From positions 3,929,922 through 3,993,921 of the forward strand of contig MU053482.1 of the NCBI GenBank assembly GCA_013239625.1: a stretch of 64,000 bases of DNA. Reading direction: 5' to 3'. The position numbers were made by a program, and so were the translations under genes. The notes under the pieces were generated by a model that did no database searches, had not been told where the DNA came from, and worked only from the letters and a program-made list of their open reading frames with translations. Each line of letters begins with the position of its first letter. Position 1 is the first letter of the stretch. Source of the DNA: Lama guanicoe (Eukaryota). Below are positions 61,351 to 64,000 of the stretch, one piece after another.

Positions 61351-63142
61351 GGAACTTGGGCTCTGTGGGTGCCCTGCACTGTCACTCCTCTGTGGGAGGG
61401 TGCCGGAATGGCGAGTGTTTGAGGAGGTTGGGATCCGGCTCTAAGTCTGACGAGTTCAGGCAGTGGCCCCAGGGAAAGGAGAAGTCCAGGGACAGTGCTG
61501 TGGTGGTGGTGGGTGGGGCATGTGCTCTTTCCAGTGGCTGGTACTTGGCTTCTGCTGCCATGGGAGGGGGTCAGGACTTACCTCTTCCTAAGGACTTTGT
61601 TCTTGGAGGATGTTCCCTTTACCTGAGCAAAAGGGCTGAGAGGGAAGCCTCAGACTCTTGGGTTAAAAGACTGATTCCATATTTTGCTGGCAAATTGTCC
61701 TGAATTTCAGTCCAGTGGAAGTAAGAATAGCTGGCTTGTTAGGAGGATTAATGAGTTAATCCATGGCGAGCTCTGAGACGGGTGCCTGGCTCTTCCTCCT
61801 GTTGGTTACCTTCCTGCCTACCTACCTACCTGCTCTCACCTCTGCCTCTGGGAGCAGTTCCCCATAAGCTGAGGGTCTGGAACTTCCTTGTCTGAGCAAC
61901 TGTCAAGCTTCACTGTGGTGACCAGTCTCAGCTCCCGCATTTCCACCCTTCTCGAGACCTCGCCTCTGCTAGCATTTCAGCAAGCAGATCATTGTTGAGA
62001 TTCTTCCCTATCCATATGGAGTGTATATAACCTTCAGGGAAAACGATACCAATTTTCTCTCCAAGTGTGAAATAGAAACAGCTCACATTGGGGTTAGAAG
62101 GTCCTGGTTCTGGTCCCAGCTTTGCCATGAGGTAGCTGGGTGATTTGGGGAATATCACCTAAACTCTCTGGACCGTGGTTTTCCCACCTAAAGAATGGAG
62201 GAGTTAGATTGAATTTAATGTAAGAAAAAAGTGCCCTGACCCCTACTAAACTGGACAGTGTATGGGGCACTAGAGATGTAAAACCAAAGAGGCCAAGGCC
62301 CCTACCCTCAAGGAGACCCATCCTGGGACAGAGGAACACCAGGGGTAGTGGTGGTAGGAGTGCATCATCGACTGACTATGTTCGGGTCTGACATTCTAGC
62401 ATTATGCCAAGCCTTGTCCTTGACTCCTACCAACAATATTGTGCTGAACGGTGAATAAATAAACGTGACTGTTTCTAGCCCTTGCTCTTTTGCCAGGTTC
62501 CCAATCTGGCTAAAGGAAAATTCCGTTAGACAACAATCTAAGTTCCGAACTGTTGGCTTAGCGTGGCATCTGCCCCAACAAGGTCCTCTTACTGGTCAAA
62601 GTCCACCGGCTTCCAAAGTTCAGATCCAGTGATATTAGAAGTGACCTTGAGTTTCTCTGGGTTGGTGAAGACAGAGACATTCTGAGCTCATCTTTGACAT
62701 TCTCCCAGCTCACCTGTACCCTCTTCCAAGAGGCCTCTGGCTGGTGCTTCGCGTCAGCAGGCCTGGAGGCTCATGTCTCAGTAATTCAACAACTACAGCA
62801 GCTGGTTTTTTTCCCTTAAGATTTACTACTTGTCATTTATCTGTGTCAAAACTGCAAAGGAGCAAGTTTCTAAAGACAGATTTATTATGTGTGCTGAGTG
62901 TCTCAGGTGCAGTAGTGCACAGAGATGGCCTGAATTCCGTATTTTCCCCGAGTTTTTGTTCTATAAAAATAGCCACTTTTCTTTGCATTCAGACAAGTGA
63001 GAAATATACAGTCTTGAGCAGTGAGTCACCACAGGGCGTTCACAGAAAGTAGCATTATTGTGGGACTGGGTTCTAGCCAATGGTTTCAGGGTCACCTGCC
63101 AGGCTTACACATGCATTGGCTTATGCAAGGAGCAAGTTGTAA

Positions 63143-63450
63143 CCAGAACCGACTACATAATTTGTGAGGCTCAATGCAAAATGAAAATGCAGGGCCTCAA
63201 GGTTCAAAGGCAGGAAAAAAAAGTGCTATTATCAATAAAGATTTTCCTTTTCTTCTGTGGTCTTCTTCTCACTTGTCATGGTGTTTTTCATTTGCTATTT
63301 AATGTTGTTCTAAGGAAAACTAAAGTTTTCAGTTGTTAGCATGCATTTTACTGTTTATTTATTGTGCAGTGCAAATTTAAATGCAAATATAAGAGTATAT
63401 AACTCCTTGGTGGAATCACTCAAATTATACAATTCATATTTCACAGCTCC
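63143..63450. mobile_element. MER45-family hAT-Tip100 element fragment
   Basis: Terminal CAGAACCGACTACATAATTTGTGAGGCTCAATGCAAAATGAAAATGCAGGGCC is shared with MER45 ends. Confidence 0.65.
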
Positions 63451-64000
63451 TCCCCAGTGGGTGCCTTTAGCTGGCCAGAAAAGACAAACCCATGCCGGGC
63501 TCAGGAAGGTAGAAGAAAGAGGGGATCCAGCAGGCAGGGAGCAGGCCGAGGTGGTGCTCCAGGCATGGAGTGTGAATCCTCACTGGTGTCCTGGGACCCC
63601 TTCCCATGATGCAAGGCGCATGTGTGCTCTTTCTGGCCTGAAAGCTTCCAGCTTTGCCCTCCTGCACGCCCACCCCAACCCCCGCCACCCTCAGGACAGG
63701 TCTCATGCAGCCGCTGGGGATGGGGGCTGGTGACATCAAGCCAGACATCACTCTTTCCCATGAGCCCACCACCCCAACGCACAGCAGGTGGGTCCCCCAC
63801 CGAGTTTTAAACGTCCACACTGGGACACGCTTGGTACCTGAATTGGGGGTAGGCGAGAAGCTCAGTCCCCCAGAGTCTGGCCATCTGAGGTCTTAGTTCT
63901 TTCTGATGTAGAACAGGAAAGTTTGGTCAGTCTTCCCTGAGATTCAGGAAAGGAAAGAGGCTGCTTGCTACTCCCTGGGTACCCTCCCCCACATGCTGCT

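Overview
Mammalian genomic DNA, most likely from a camelid: it carries three copies of a tRNA-Ala-derived SINE matching the camelid Vic-1 family and artiodactyl-type L1 3' ends. I find no credible protein-coding exon, bona fide RNA gene, CRISPR array or prokaryotic system. The ORFs in the track are short, compositionally unremarkable, or decayed L1 ORF2 and antisense-repeat translations. The window reads as a repeat-dense intergenic or large intronic region. It contains ancient L2, MIR and L3; MaLR, ERVL and ERV1 solo LTRs; hAT and Tigger DNA transposon relics; older L1M copies; and younger lineage-specific L1 and SINE insertions, several nested and with visible target-site duplications (TSDs). 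The best leads are regulatory and evolutionary: a MER41/LTR39-like ERV1 LTR with a STAT GAS motif, a Vic-1 copy with an intact Pol III promoter plus its own terminator, several motif-dense unique segments, nested insertions, an inverted L1 pair and a perfect 35-bp duplication. I cannot support a novel biological system from this sequence alone. Repeat family names come from recalled consensus similarity, not a database search. Boundaries without TSDs are approximate.
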